A stretch of 64,000 nucleotides of DNA, from positions 74,834,001 to 74,898,000 of the forward strand of contig NC_042998.1 in NCBI RefSeq assembly GCF_006345805.1, given 5' to 3'. The position numbers and the translations under genes were made by a program. The notes under the pieces were generated by a model that saw only the letters and a list, made by a program, of their open reading frames with translations, searched no databases and was not told where the DNA came from. This document shows, piece by piece, positions 14,372-27,619 of the stretch (the first letter of the stretch is position 1; each line of letters starts with the position of its first letter). The stretch is from Octopus sinensis. Taxonomy: Eukaryota.

Positions 14372-14954
14372 GCAGATACATAAACGGTGTTCTACCCCAG
14401 CATGATTACAGGCTTTATACTTCGAGTCTATTTAAACAGTCTCATAGAAATGATGTTTCTCTCTTGCAATGTGGTATGTTGAATAATACTAATTTCTTCT
14501 GTTTACTCAAATCTACAGCTGTTTACCAAGGGATATTGTCGTTGTAATTGTGGAGAGTATATTGTTGTAACTATTTAATCAATATTGTAAATAGAAGCGG
14601 TAAGGTTTTAGTTGGATTAGAACACAGTAAAGGAACACAACCAAATATAACAAAGTATTTTTTATCGAATGTCTTCTGTCTCGCTCTGTTACCTGAAATC
14701 TTCAGGACGCCTTACTATTTCTTCATTCTGTCTCCTTAATGTCATGCCGCCGTTTCTTTTTCTAATTCTCATTGATCATGACACGTAACTATTGTGAATT
14801 ACAGGCACAAAAGTATACTATATCCGTGTAAATAAAAATATTACTGAAACTCATCAGACGTGCTACGTATGCAGCAAAGAGCACAGTAGTTAGTCCGCCA
14901 CATGTTTTCACAAAGGTATATAATCCATTTCTGAAGCATAAATCCCTTTGTGGT

Positions 14955-15205
14955 GGTGGCATATGGCTTAGTGAATAGATATTGAACTCATGATCGTAAG
15001 ATTGTGCTTCCGATTCCTGGATCGGGCGATGCGTTGTGTTCTTGAGCAAAACACTTCATTTCATGTTGTTCAAGTCCACTCAGCTGGCAAAAATTAGCTA
15101 TCGTTCCACAGACCGGCGTACTGTCGAGGTGGAAGATATATATGCACCATGGAAACTGGGAAACTGGTCCTATGAGTCTATACAGGGAAGGAACTTTATT
15201 ATTTA
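14955..15205 (+). mobile_element. tRNA-derived SINE, family C
   Basis: A-box-like TGGCTTAGTGA (14964), B-box-like GCTTCCGATTCC (15006), then TTGAGCAAAACACTT...GTCCACTCAGCTG central domain and a tail ending GGAACTTTATT. Confidence 0.65.
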
Positions 15206-15669
15206 CTTCGTGAATATCACCGAATCTGAGCAATAACTTAAGTATGTTTTACCTGACTAACTTCTTAGGAATTACTCTGCTGAACTCGACGAGGCTGACG
15301 TGTATTAAAAAATATACTAATGTACATTGCTACATAAACACGCAGAGATGTACATTAAGGTGTTGGATAACTCTTAATCTGACCTTACCTTCATCTCTCT
15401 GGATAGAACTCGATTCAGTCAATAGATAATCAAGCCAATATGTGAAACCCACTCATTCACTCAATAGGTAGTCTGGATATGTGAATAAGATGAGCATGTA
15501 GGTGTGTTTTCATGTGTATTTACCTCTATGTGCAGATATTTTCCTTTGCGTATATGTGTATGTATATGTGTTTGCGTGTATCTGTGAGCAAGTGTGTATG
15601 TATGCATGGGTGGGTGTTTCTTCATGCAAAAGGAATTGCACACGTGCCCTTCAAAAGCTTATCAGTTTA

Positions 15670-15793
15670 TTAATGTACACACAATATCTCAATTGGCTTA
15701 TAGTGGAAGACGCCTTATGTGCCGAGTAGAGGAACAGAATCCGAAATGTACATACTTGTTCAGTTAACTTCTTAAAACAAACATGCCTGCATC
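15670..15793 (-). mobile_element. Diverged 5' half of family A SINE
   Basis: Reverse complement matches 17630-17753 at 114/124 positions (hand count); both align loosely to the family A head. Confidence 0.7.
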
Positions 15794-17629
15794 TTCAAAG
15801 GATTCTCAGTTTATTGACAAAGGGAAACAGGCTTGGACAGTGAGAAAACATAAGAAATCGATAAGAAATCTCAGAAAACAATAATTAGAGAGAGGTGTGT
15901 GTGTGTGTGTGTGTCAGAGATTTGGGCGAAATTCGTTTTAGAAGTAGAAAAGGACAAGGCAGTAACTTAGTGTTGAATCTTTGCCAAACTTCCATATGAC
16001 GTACTTGCCAATGCGGTTTAAGATGTTTATTAACAGAAAACGCGAGAGAAGAGTTACATCATATTTAGACATTATTCCACAATAATAGTAGTAATAAATT
16101 TAATAGAAATATCAAAAACACTTTAGAAAATCGCTGTTGTTCTTTTCATTAATGCTGGTAATGTCCTTAACTTTACATGGCATAACACAGTTTCACGCAT
16201 ATTTTCTGCAAATAGCCAGCTATAGTGGCTTATAGCCAGCTATATGCCACTTTTTTTCTTTTAAATGTATTTTTACATAGAAAATTTAATGTGTAACCAG
16301 TTAAATAATTTAATAAGGAAAGAAAATTTTAAATCGATGCAAAAATCTGTTTGAAATTTTAGTATTCATTTTAGTGCAACCATCACCAGATATATCCAAC
16401 ACATGTATACACACTTGATGTATGTAAATGATACATACACACACACACAATACATGTGTGTATGCGTGCGTGTGTGTGTGTGCCTGTGTGTGCATGTGTT
16501 TTTATGTATGTGTCTGTGCGTGCGTGCATTCGTATTGCGTGAACGCATATTTGTATCATGTACGAAATAGCAATAAAGAAAATAGATACAAATCTTTATG
16601 TAAAATAAGCAATCTCAGAAATAATGCCCAGTAAACTACAAGACCACATAAATTCTAGGTTTTATTTTGTGCACACATTCATATGTGTCTTTACAATTTA
16701 GAAAAAAGAAATCATACATATACGTTTACACACAAATACCCGTGACTAATTTTTGACTTCAAATACCGCCATAAGAACAGAATATGACGTTTAAAGCTTA
16801 CTTAGCGCCATGTTTATCAGAAAACTAGAGACGCTATTCATGAAATGCACTTTAGGTTTGATAGCAACGGTCTAAAACCGCCCTAAAATACGTCAACGGT
16901 AGCTAACCTTTTTATTTATGGCACTTATGAATATTGTAAGGAATTATCTTGCGAGTCAACGACCGTATTCTGGTTATTACAACAATGTGCAAGAAGTGGA
17001 TAATTCTACTAAGCAGGCGAGAAATATTTGTGTTGGCGAAAAATATTATATGAAACACCATTCACTTTATATGTAGGTGGTAGGACGTTATTGCTACAAT
17101 CTATCACACAATGTGGATGCTGCTCTCTGAAAATAACAAGATGCTTGAGTGCTTATGTATCAGTGGAAATTCATATTTATGAAGGGACATTAAGATAAAT
17201 ATATGTATAAAGTGTAAGTACAAGGGAAATGCTTATATGTGGCTGCACATTTATGCAGTAGAGAGAAATGAGTATGTATTAAATCAACGATGCACTTCAT
17301 TTTACGAATTTATTTCGCCGACCGACAGAATGTTATAATAACTGATCCTTTCAAACGCAAAATCCTAAAACAAAAATGTCTAGGCACTCATATGTTTGTG
17401 TGTGTTTGTATAGTTATACATACGAACATGTATACAGACTAGACATATATATATGTATATATATATATGTGCGTATGCATGTGTAAATATGCATACATAC
17501 AATCATACTACATTCATATATATATATATAACGATAAATATATATATGTAAATATGCATAAATGTAATCACACTACATTGATGTAAACATGCATACAAAC
17601 GCAAATACATACATACAGCCATACACATA

Positions 17630-17785
17630 GGTGCCGGCATGATTGTTTTAAGAAGTTAACTGAACAAGTATGTGAATTTCGGATTCAGTTCCTCTACTCG
17701 GCACGTAAGGCGTCTTCCACTATAAGCCCATTGAAATATTGTGTGTAAATTAAGTGGGCGGAAACAATGCAGAAGCCCTTCATAT
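17630..17785 (+). mobile_element. Diverged 5' half of family A SINE
   Basis: GGTGCCGGCATGATTG...GGATTCAGTTCC...TCTTCCACTATAAGCC...GGAAAC...GAAGCCC followed by (TA)n, as in family A. Confidence 0.65.
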
Positions 17786-17791
17786 ATATTC

Positions 17792-17850
<59 letters not shown>

Positions 17851-17932
17851 CAAGTTTTGCTTATGTGTGTGTGTATTTGCGTGCGTGTATGTACGCGTGT
17901 GTGTGAGTGCGTGTCTATATATATGTGTATGT

Positions 17933-17966
<34 letters not shown>

Positions 17967-18006
17967 CATCTATATATATATATATATATATATATCTATA
18001 TATATA

Positions 18007-18041
<35 letters not shown>
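17786..18041. repeat. (TA)n/(TG)n compound microsatellite
   Basis: Visible. Confidence 0.95.
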
Positions 18042-18113
18042 ACGGGAAGCTTACGAAAATAAACAAAAGACGAAGGCAGGTGGAGTACAAACAAACAATT
18101 GTATTAGTATGGC

Positions 18114-18155
<42 letters not shown>

Positions 18156-18222
18156 TACATAAAATGAGACAACAAAGCCATGGTTTTGTGGAATTTTCAG
18201 GACATTTATAACGAGAAAGTTA

Positions 18223-18270
18223 GTCTTACAGCTGTTTCTGGGAAATTAGGGTTATCCCTTCATCAGAGAC
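18223..18270 (-). ncRNA. Type I hammerhead ribozyme motif (PLE-type), CUGAUGA core, GUA site
   Basis: Minus strand: GTCT-CTGATGA-aGGGA..TCCCa-GAA-ACAGCTGT-A-AGAC. Stem I 4 bp, stem II GGGA/TCCC, palindromic stem III. Extra A on each side of stem II. Confidence 0.7.
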
Positions 18271-18393
18271 GATGTGAGATGGTTAAATAGAGGGAAAGAG
18301 TAGAGTAGACTCAAGTTTCACGACCCAAAATCATAGGTGAAATGCATACATATATACATATAGACACACATGCTGACACACAAACACACGCAC

Positions 18394-18473
<80 letters not shown>

Positions 18474-18478
<5 letters not shown>

Positions 18479-18662
18479 TAATCCAAACAAGAAAGCACAA
18501 AGAACACAACAACGCGAGGACGTGGAACAAATATAGTATTATTGGACGCTCGGGAAAGAAGGAAAGAATGAGCGTTTAACGTTTCGAGCGAAGCCCTTCC
18601 TCGGAAACATAGGAGAAGGAAAGATCCAGAGAAGGGAAGACACATGAAAAAAATCGCCAACA
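18474..18662 (-). mobile_element. PLE terminal (pLTR) fragment containing a minimal HHR
   Basis: Reverse-complement homolog of 32240-32425; abuts (TA)n. Confidence 0.6.
18574..18608 (-). ncRNA. Minimal hammerhead motif, C4 variant (CCGAGGA), GUU site
   Basis: GTTT-CCGAGGA-aGGGC-ttc-GCTC-GAA-ACGT-T-AAAC; stem III is only the palindrome ACGT. Confidence 0.55.
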
Positions 18663-18890
18663 TCTACGAGATACATGTTGCTATATGAAAACTTAAGGTG
18701 GTTTTAGAGTCGGTTCATGGCTGCTATTTTCGGCATGGTGGTATGTCGTAGATATCCTAATTTATAATTCTAATAATTATTACCTTTGAAAGTTATTTTT
18801 ACCACTTGATAGGTTCGTTATTTTATTTTAAATTAACGATCTTATCCTTATTTATATAAATTTATATATATATATATAAATTTATATATA

Positions 18891-18934
<44 letters not shown>

Positions 18935-19191
18935 TACCCCAACACCAACTTCCATTCAAACATTCACGTGACCCCTTTATAATGACCAATCAAAATTGTA
19001 TTGACCATTGTCCACAAGAAATTTTAGGCGCGAAACCAAGCAAATCTTAAACAACTCTGGAGCCTTTTTTTTCACATATAAGAGACAGCAAACCCAACAT
19101 AAAGTCAGATAAGAGAAAAAAATCAATTAGAAAGGAACTCTATCTCACTCAAAATATCTTTTGATAGGCATAACAAATGCGCAACCGGTAA

Positions 19192-19445
19192 ACTCTTACT
19201 TTTTTATTCTACACTGAAATCTGACATTGAACTTTTCCACAAAAAAACTGTATATTATACGCTTTTACTAAATATCTTATTCTGAAACAGAACACTGTAA
19301 AAGACTCTTACTTTTTTATTCTACACTGAAATCTGACATTGAACTTTTCCACAAAAAAACTGTATATTATACGCTTTTACTAAATATCTTATTCTGAAAC
19401 AGAACACTGTAAAAGACTCTTACTTTTTTCCTTATACACTGAAAT
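19192..19445 (+). repeat. 112-bp tandem duplication (about 2.3 copies)
   Basis: ACTCTTACT starts at 19192, 19304, 19416; first two units essentially identical. Confidence 0.9.
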
Positions 19446-19699
19446 CATTCACAAAAAATGAACATTGTATTCTAACCCAATTTTTCTCTTTTTTTTTGTT
19501 TAAAAAAAGAACTTTCACCTATTTAAATACACTCTCCCTTACTTAAATTATTTTGACAGCATTTTCTTCATTTCCTTTATATATGTGTGTATGTATGAAT
19601 GTATGTATATATCCAACATCTTTATGCGTAAAGATATACATATATACCTATAGACACACATACATACACACAAACACACGCACATGTATATATAAGCTG

Positions 19700-19860
19700 T
19701 ATCGGCCTTTGCCTTTCCATTGGATAACACTGGTGGCTTGGAGAGGGGAAACCGGTATGCATGGGCGACTGCTGGTCTTCCATAAACAACCTTGCCCGGA
19801 TTTGTGCCTGGGAGGGTAACTTTCTAGGTGCAATCCCATGGTCAGTCATGACCGGGTCTC
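19700..19860 (+). mobile_element. Interspersed repeat fragment (probable SINE 3' part), unclassified
   Basis: GC-richer island GGTATGCATGGGCGACTGCTGGTCTTCC...GGTGCAATCCCATGGTCA between microsatellites; resembles a recalled Octopus repeat, unverified. Confidence 0.35.
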
Positions 19861-20049
19861 AGCATATATATATACTAGGGATAATATATATACTTATAAT
19901 ATATAAATACATTACAATGAACATAAATGAAACATCATGGAACATCAATGGCTGTGCATTTGACTCAGGTAATTCCGTTTTGATCGACATCTGATACGAT
20001 TGGAATGTCTTAGTTAAAAGATATCAGACACATGATGTATATTTGTATA

Positions 20050-20087
<38 letters not shown>

Positions 20088-23000
20088 GTGTGTGTGTGTG
20101 TATTTAAAGGTGGTTATCAAAAGGAACTTTTGTCTTAGGTCAAAGGGTGTATGTACAAAAGCAGAATGAAATGCAGGACTAGGAAATCTGAATAACATGG
20201 TTAAATATAACAATGCAATTATGCAGAAATGCATACACTTAGAGTATTAAACAGTACATTTCATGTACAGCGCAGCGTGAACTAGAATGACTGAAACTAA
20301 TTGAAATATTAGAATGATTTATTTGTGATAAGAATGTAAACTTCCATTATTTCAGGACACATATTCTGCATAGATTTAATACATATGGTTTTTTCTATCA
20401 TATCTTAAACTTTTTCATATTTATATTTAATTACTTGGAAATATTTTCTCGGAAGAGATACAAAAGTAAGTAACAAGAATCGTACATATTTCTGCTGACC
20501 ATTGATGGAATATATACAATGTATACAAAATTACATTTTTTTAAATTTAGAAGTCATAATTGATTATGGATTAAACGTGGTGTTATGCAACAAACCTTTA
20601 AAAATAGATAAGTGAGAAGTATTCTTAATATAGTGAAAAGTAGCAAGATAAATATTAAGCTAGGATTGATATGTTGAATTCGCTACAGATATAATAAAGA
20701 ACTGTGTTATGCAGTGAAGCATTTTTTTGTTTTATTTTAATATCTAGTAATTATTATAAATTTCTTTTCCTTCTAATCACTGTTTGCATCTCCAATTCAA
20801 CTTTGTTTCGAGACTTAAACCTTCAATAATCTCGTTTCTAACCCTACCCATTAAATTTTACATATTTATTCTTATATACTATCATATAATTACCTATGAT
20901 GTATAACATTCACACTTATGTTGGTTTGTTTGTTTGATTTTTTCACTTTTGAACCCCATTTGTCATTACGCTTCTTTGCCAGGTACAACTTCACCTTCCA
21001 TCTTTTTGTGATGATTAGAATAGAGTACCATACAAATGCCAGGGTCAATGTAATCGACAAGCCCCCGCCTTTCCAAATTTCCGTCTGCGAGACTAAATCA
21101 GAAATCATTATGCGCTTGTATGTACGTCGGTGTTATGTGTGTATCTGAACAAGTACTTCCAGGAAATATTCGTTTCCACTTAAACGTGGATATTATGTTA
21201 GAATAAATTATACTGCGATGCATACCATGAGAGAAAAACTCATATTGGCTTTTGGTGCAAAATATACTCTTGTTTATTGCGACTGCAGCAAAAATAATTT
21301 CCAGTCTTCTCCAGCACCGAGACCACCAGGTTTCGACCTTTCTTGGTTTCATCGATGATTGACGCTCGACCGATAGAAACAGCAGTGACTCAGCTCGACG
21401 CCAGCGATTTATAGTAAAACAGTGCCAAAATAGGCACTGGTGTGAGCGGTCGAGCGCCTGTCATTGATATGAACTAGAAAGGTCAAATTCTCGTGATGTA
21501 GGGGTCTCGACTCTGGAGTGGGCAGGAATTTATCTCCTCGCAAGCGATTTAAACGAGTGCAATATGCACCAAAATCTAATTTGAGAATGCTTTTCATTAT
21601 ATATACCGCAGTATAGTTTGTTCGAACACAACATCTACGTTTCAGTGGGGATAAATATTAATATTCGGTATTAATATTGCCTCTGTCGATTAAATATGTG
21701 TTCGTATTTCTTTTTGGATGTATATCTATATGCCCTGTTAGGTTTCTAGCAATACAGTTCATCAGGCTAGCTTGTTCGGGATTCCGGTTTTTCAGTGACA
21801 AATGGACATGTAATAAGTACAGGATTGTATATTTGCAGTAGCAATCATAGAGCTGTCTAAAGGACATATGAACCCAATATGTGAGAACGATGATCTTGCA
21901 ATTGTGCTCGAGGCAGAAATATTCTATTATCCGAACGAGAGCATTGTAAGATCAGTTATAAATTATAGACACTCCCCACATATTAGAACAACAATATTGT
22001 GGTCAGCTTTATGCATGTTTACGTCTATGTATGTCTAGACTTATACACACACACAATCACACACATATATTATATGTATTACCCAGTCTGTCTTGTGCTG
22101 AAGTTAGTAGTTTAAACTTACATTAAGAAGACCAGACGATCATTTATTGATGAAGTGACTCAGTGCTGGTATTACAGTAAAATTTATTGAAAAATTTCTG
22201 TTGACTGAAATTTTAAATTCCGGCCGTTGGCTTATACATGTCAACCACTGGCTAGAGAAACCGTTATTTGCATTTCTCAATCATCGCTCTGACTTTAAAT
22301 CCAGCTTCAATTATTCAGCCTTAGTTCAAGTCAGATTGGGCAAATATATGATCATACGTATATAAAGCTGACCACTATGAGGAGAGTGTCTATCATTTAT
22401 ATCTGATCTTACGATGCTCTCGTTCAGATGATCAAACATTTATATCTCGAGCAATTGCTGGATCGTTGTTCTCACATATTAGCTTCATACATCCTTCAGA
22501 TAGATGTTTGATTGCTACTGCAAATATACAACCTGTACATTATATATTCATCTGTCCTGGCATCTCTAATAAGCTATTTTCTATTTACATTTTTTAGTTC
22601 TAACACGATTTTTGTTTTGCTATTATACTATTGAAACCCAACGTTATGTATTTAATATTAGATCATATGTCACATAGACACCTTGATGTTAAACTAGGAT
22701 TTTTACTCGCTTTTCGCTGCATAGCAACAATTTTGCCATGCCTATACGCTAATTTAAAATGTTTCTTCTGAAGCAATATATCTAAAAATATATTCCATAT
22801 TTTCGCGAAAACTTTTGGTTTATTGATTATTAAGTATTCGTTACATAACTCTACGTGTCCATTCCAAATCTATAATAGTCAGTTCGCTGAGGGCTTTCAT
22901 CACTCTGTTTGAGCATTATCTTTTTCAAGTTTTCTTTTCTTAGCATACCATATCATTACACATTGGATACAGCATGGACGAATAGTCACGAATTTTGAAC

Positions 23001-24164
23001 TGCAGACGCGATGTCGTGCACTAAATCCTATCGCACGATATTTTGGGTGAATATCTTTTACCATGACTGTGCTTCACTCCCGGATAATTTGGGACACTTA
23101 TGTCAAGAATTAGTCTTTTCGGGCTGATTTCTCCTCAGAATAACCTTAATGGTGCACATGTACTTTTTGCCACACGCACACTAATCAGATGATCATTTAT
23201 TTTGGTTTATCAACTAAGAATTTATATTGAAATCAACAATGAAATCTTATGTATTATATATTTGTGTATTATATCTTTAGATAATGAATTATTTCGTAAA
23301 CATAAACGTGCCATATTTCAGTTTAAAGTTATACAGTCTTTGATCTACCACAACTAACGGCTTAAATAATATTCTGTTCTTACTTTACGGATTTACTTAG
23401 GCCTTTTCTAAATTGCATCGTTTTGAATATACCTGTCTTATTCTAACTTTCCAGTCATTTGGGATCGTTTACTACTTCATTTAAAGATTTTACCGAAGGA
23501 AATGTTAGAAATATTATCTTTCTTTGACCTGTCAGTCTTCGGAATTTTAAATTGGACTTTATCATCAATTTTAACACAAACCACTACTCCTTTAGGCTAA
23601 CACGAAATTCATCGTAATCTTTTTTCTAATATAAATCAATTCAAAACATAGATACAGAATTTAAAATTTTGCAGAGTATTACCACATAAAATCCTTCAAG
23701 CATTCTTAATTTATCTATGAATCTAAAGAAATTATAGAAATTGAATTTAAAATATTGTTTTATTATGCATTAGTTACAATTGTTCTTTCATACTCCTTAT
23801 ATAAATTTCATTTACTTTCAATTTTAACAGTTACGATATACCAGTATCACCTTCATTTACAATCTTAGCTATAAGGTAAGTTAATTTTCATTTGTTGTGG
23901 CCTCTGAATACTCAGAACACATATTATGTGTTGTGATTTACGATTACAATCTTAGGCATTTTACATACCTATCAATCGGTCACCAATAAATACAGACTAT
24001 CACAAACATTCGAGCTCTATATTTAGTATTATGTAACGCCAAAGTATTTTTCTTTGTATTACCAAACACGAAATTTCTTAAAATTCCGACCGAAATTTTG
24101 TTGTTGTTTCTTTGTTCTTGACAACATAGAAAAATTTCACTCCACTTTCTATCCAATTACATGT

Positions 24165-24169
24165 CTTTT

Positions 24170-24232
<63 letters not shown>

Positions 24233-24370
24233 CTTTCTCTCTCTCTCTTCCATTTGCTCTCTTGCTCGCTCTCACTCTCTTGCTCGCTCTCACTTTTTCT
24301 TGCTCTCTCTTGTTCTCTTGCTCTCTCTCTCTCTCACTATATATATGCATGTATGTATATATATATATAA
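24165..24370. repeat. (CTTT)n-(CT)n-(TA)n compound repeat
   Basis: Visible. Confidence 0.9.
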
Positions 24371-24483
24371 GAGATAATGGTGTCATTGAGACCCAAAAGT
24401 GTCAGGTAATGCTGAATAAGTGCTATAGACAGACCATAGTTAAGTTCCAGATTCGGTAATATTGCGGTAATATTGCGAATAAA

Positions 24484-24530
24484 GGGATGAAGGGATATAA
24501 TTAATAAATATCCTAGAAACAGCTGTAAGA
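24484..24530 (+). ncRNA. Degenerate hammerhead (core mutated to GGGATGA), same family as 18223-18270
   Basis: GGGATGA-aGGGATAT..ATATCCTa-GAA-ACAGCTGT-A-AGA; downstream flank resembles that of the 18.2-kb copy. Confidence 0.45.
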
Positions 24531-24635
24531 ACTTCTATCTAAAAATGCTCTGATATCTACACAGCCTTGGTTTTTATCTTATTACACAAAAAATTCTTAT
24601 ATATATATATATACATGTGTCTGTATATGTATAGA

Positions 24636-24666
<31 letters not shown>

Positions 24667-25109
24667 TGTGTGTGTGTGTGTGCTTGCCTGTGCACGCGTG
24701 TGTGTGAGTGTAAATATGACGGCATGAAATGTCTTGATTTTTGGGATCGTCTCGAGAAACTCAAACGTCATTAATTCCGACAATACAGTGAGCGCTAGAT
24801 GATTTATATGATCTAGACAATATTCCAGCAGCACTGGCCAAAATGAGTGGAATTTAGCATATTATATCAGCTAAAAAGCCGTAGAATAAGGTAACAGATA
24901 TACCTGGATTATGATTTCGAATTCTGGGTAACACCTCAATTATCTTCAGCATGTCTTGCTGTACCCAAAATGAAATATCTATATAACCTCGTTGTAATCC
25001 ATTACGACTTGAATAATCCCGCGTTAATTTCAAAACAATTTCAGTGCAATATATATATATATATATACATATATATACATACATACATATATATATATAT
25101 ATACATACT

Positions 25110-25160
<51 letters not shown>

Positions 25161-25163
<3 letters not shown>

Positions 25164-25562
25164 AGTGGCTGTGTGATAAGTAGCTTTCTTACCAACCACA
25201 TGGTTCCGGGTTCAGTCCCACTGCGTGGCACCTTGGGCAAGTATCTTCTACTATAGCCTCGGGCCGACCAAAGCCTTGCGAGTGGATTTGGTAGACGGAA
25301 ACTGAAAGAAGCCCGTCGTATATATGTATATATATATATATGCGTATGTATTTGTGTATCTGAGTTTGTCCCCCTAATATTGCTTGACAACCGATGCTGG
25401 TGTGTTTATGTCCCCGTCACTTAGCGGTTCGGCAAAAGATACCGATAGAATAAGTACTGGGCTTACAAAGAATAAGTCCCGGGTCGAGTTGCTCGCTTAA
25501 AGATGGTGCTCCAGCATGGCCGCAGTCAAATGACGGAAACAAGTAAAAGAGAGTAAAAGAGA

Positions 25563-25563
<1 letters not shown>
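25161..25563 (+). mobile_element. tRNA-derived SINE, family A, full length, with internal (TA)/(TG) microsatellite
   Basis: A-box-like TGGCTGTGTGA, B-box-like GGGTTCAGTCCC, CCTTGGGCAAGT domain, tail (GTAAAAGA)n; homologous copies at 51847, 56832, 63309. Confidence 0.9.
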
Positions 25564-25600
<37 letters not shown>

Positions 25601-25609
25601 CCTTCTTTT

Positions 25610-26797
25610 CTTCCCACCGCTTTTTCTTTTTAATTTTGGAATTTATTGCGTTTTTTAATTCTTGAATCTATTTTGTTTGTTTTTTTTTCTATTTAATTTT
25701 AGTTAATTTTTGTTTATTTTCAGATCATTAAAATGGAATGTCACGTTAAGAAAAACGAGCATTTTTGACACCTTCGTTTTGCTTTTAATCAAGGTTCTAA
25801 GGCCGCAAAAGCTGCTCGCGACGTTTGTGCTGTGTATGGAGAGGGTGCCATAGCTGAAAGAACCGCCCGTGATTAGTATGTCAAGTTCAAAAATGGAAAT
25901 TTTGACCTCAAAGATGCACCTCATTCTGGCCGTCCAGTTGAGTTCGATGAAGAGCGATTAAACCAACATTTGCAAGAAAATTCTCGTCAAAAGACAAGGG
26001 AACTGGCAGGCAAAATGGAATGGTCCCACACTGCTTTAGAGAAGCATCTTCACTCGATGGGAAAGGGTCAGAAGTATGGAGCATGGATTCCGCATGCTTT
26101 AAGTGACAACAACAAAAGTCAACGAGCTACAATCTCCGCTGGTTTGCTTGCTCGTCACCGGTCATCTCATGGACACAAGCAACGATTTCTTTTCCGAATC
26201 GTTACTGGCGATCAAAAGTGGTGCTTGTATATCAATACGAAGCAGCGTAACGAATGGCTTAGCCTCGGTAAACAAGTGACACCGCAAGTGAAACAAGATC
26301 TTCATCCGCGTAAAACGATGTTGTGCGTATGGTAGGACTGGGAAGGGATTATCCATTACGAACTGTTTGAACGGAACCAACAGATAGAACGACTCAACAC
26401 AGCATGGAGTTCTTCAGATGTACGACAACGCCCGCCCTCATATCGCCAATATGACCAAGGAAGCTATTCAAGCGCATGGCTGGGAAGTGCTGCCACACCC
26501 ACCATTCTCTACTGATTTGGCACCAACGGATTTCCACCTCCTTCGATCTCTTTCAAATACTATGTGCGGGATTTCGTTCAATACTGATGCAAAATTGAGA
26601 GCTTGGTCGGATTAATTTTACGAGTCGAAATCGAGTGATTTCTACTAACGAGGTATTGAAAATATTGCTAAACGTAGCGAAGAAGTTGTAAACAAGGGCG
26701 AGTACATTATTGATTAATTAGTTGTTATTTTTTATTAAACCCTTTAAAACATATAAATTTTTAAAAAACGGCGCGAACTTAGTTGCCAACCTAATAC
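25610..26797 (+). mobile_element. Mariner (DD34D) transposon, decayed, with internal deletion
   Basis: Transposase ATG 25733 to stop 26717 with stops and frameshifts: SGRP, WIPHAL, VTGDQKW, DNARPH...FSTDLAPTDF (34 residues between the last two Asp, hand count). Right TIR AAAAAACGGCGCGAACTTAGTTGCCAACCTAATA at 26764-26797; left TIR only a trace (~25612). Confidence 0.92.
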
Positions 26798-27076
26798 ATT
26801 TTCAGGTGGAAATCTTGCTAGCCTAAATGAACACTCGTAAAGATGCTATTTTTATTAATATTATCAGCGGCAAATCTAAATAATTGATAATAAACTATAA
26901 CAATAACATTAGTGGCATCAAGCGATATTAGGATTAAACAGCTATACATTAAAATTTTAATTATATTACAGGGTACACGAAGCACCAGCTTGCTATAACA
27001 TGGATATTATTGATCAGACCTAGTTTATGTTATAATACATATGTGTATGTGCACCTGGACACATATGCGTATCTAT

Positions 27077-27347
<271 letters not shown>

Positions 27348-27619
27348 GCCTCGCAGAAACGATTTTGTTCAATTAAATTTTTTAACTTACACCATGTTTT
27401 ACGCAGTTGCCTTTTAATGCCCGTCTATTTGCATATATTTTATGCAGATACATAACTAAATTTGAATTGTGTCTAGCCATCTATGATGTGCAAAGCATTG
27501 TGACATAGTTGAATATTTTAAGTAAGTTACTTATGAAAATAATATCTCAATATTTTCGTGTAATTCACCAATAAGATGCAAAACATAAACAACGACCATT
27601 TCAACGGGAAAATGCTTTA

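Noticed and set aside
14955-15020. tRNA genes at SINE heads (also 25161, 38640, 51847)
   Set aside because: A/B-box-like motifs only; no cloverleaf could be built, and they continue into multicopy SINE bodies.
21345-21400. Hammerhead-like CGATGA...GAAACAGCAGTG
   Set aside because: No valid NUH (G at position 17) and no stem I.
24885-24955. CTGAAGA...GAAA on the minus strand
   Set aside because: Stems I and III are too weak.
27440-27510. Helitron 3' terminus (CTAG at 27473-27476)
   Set aside because: Not followed by T on the element strand, and the upstream hairpin is unconvincing.
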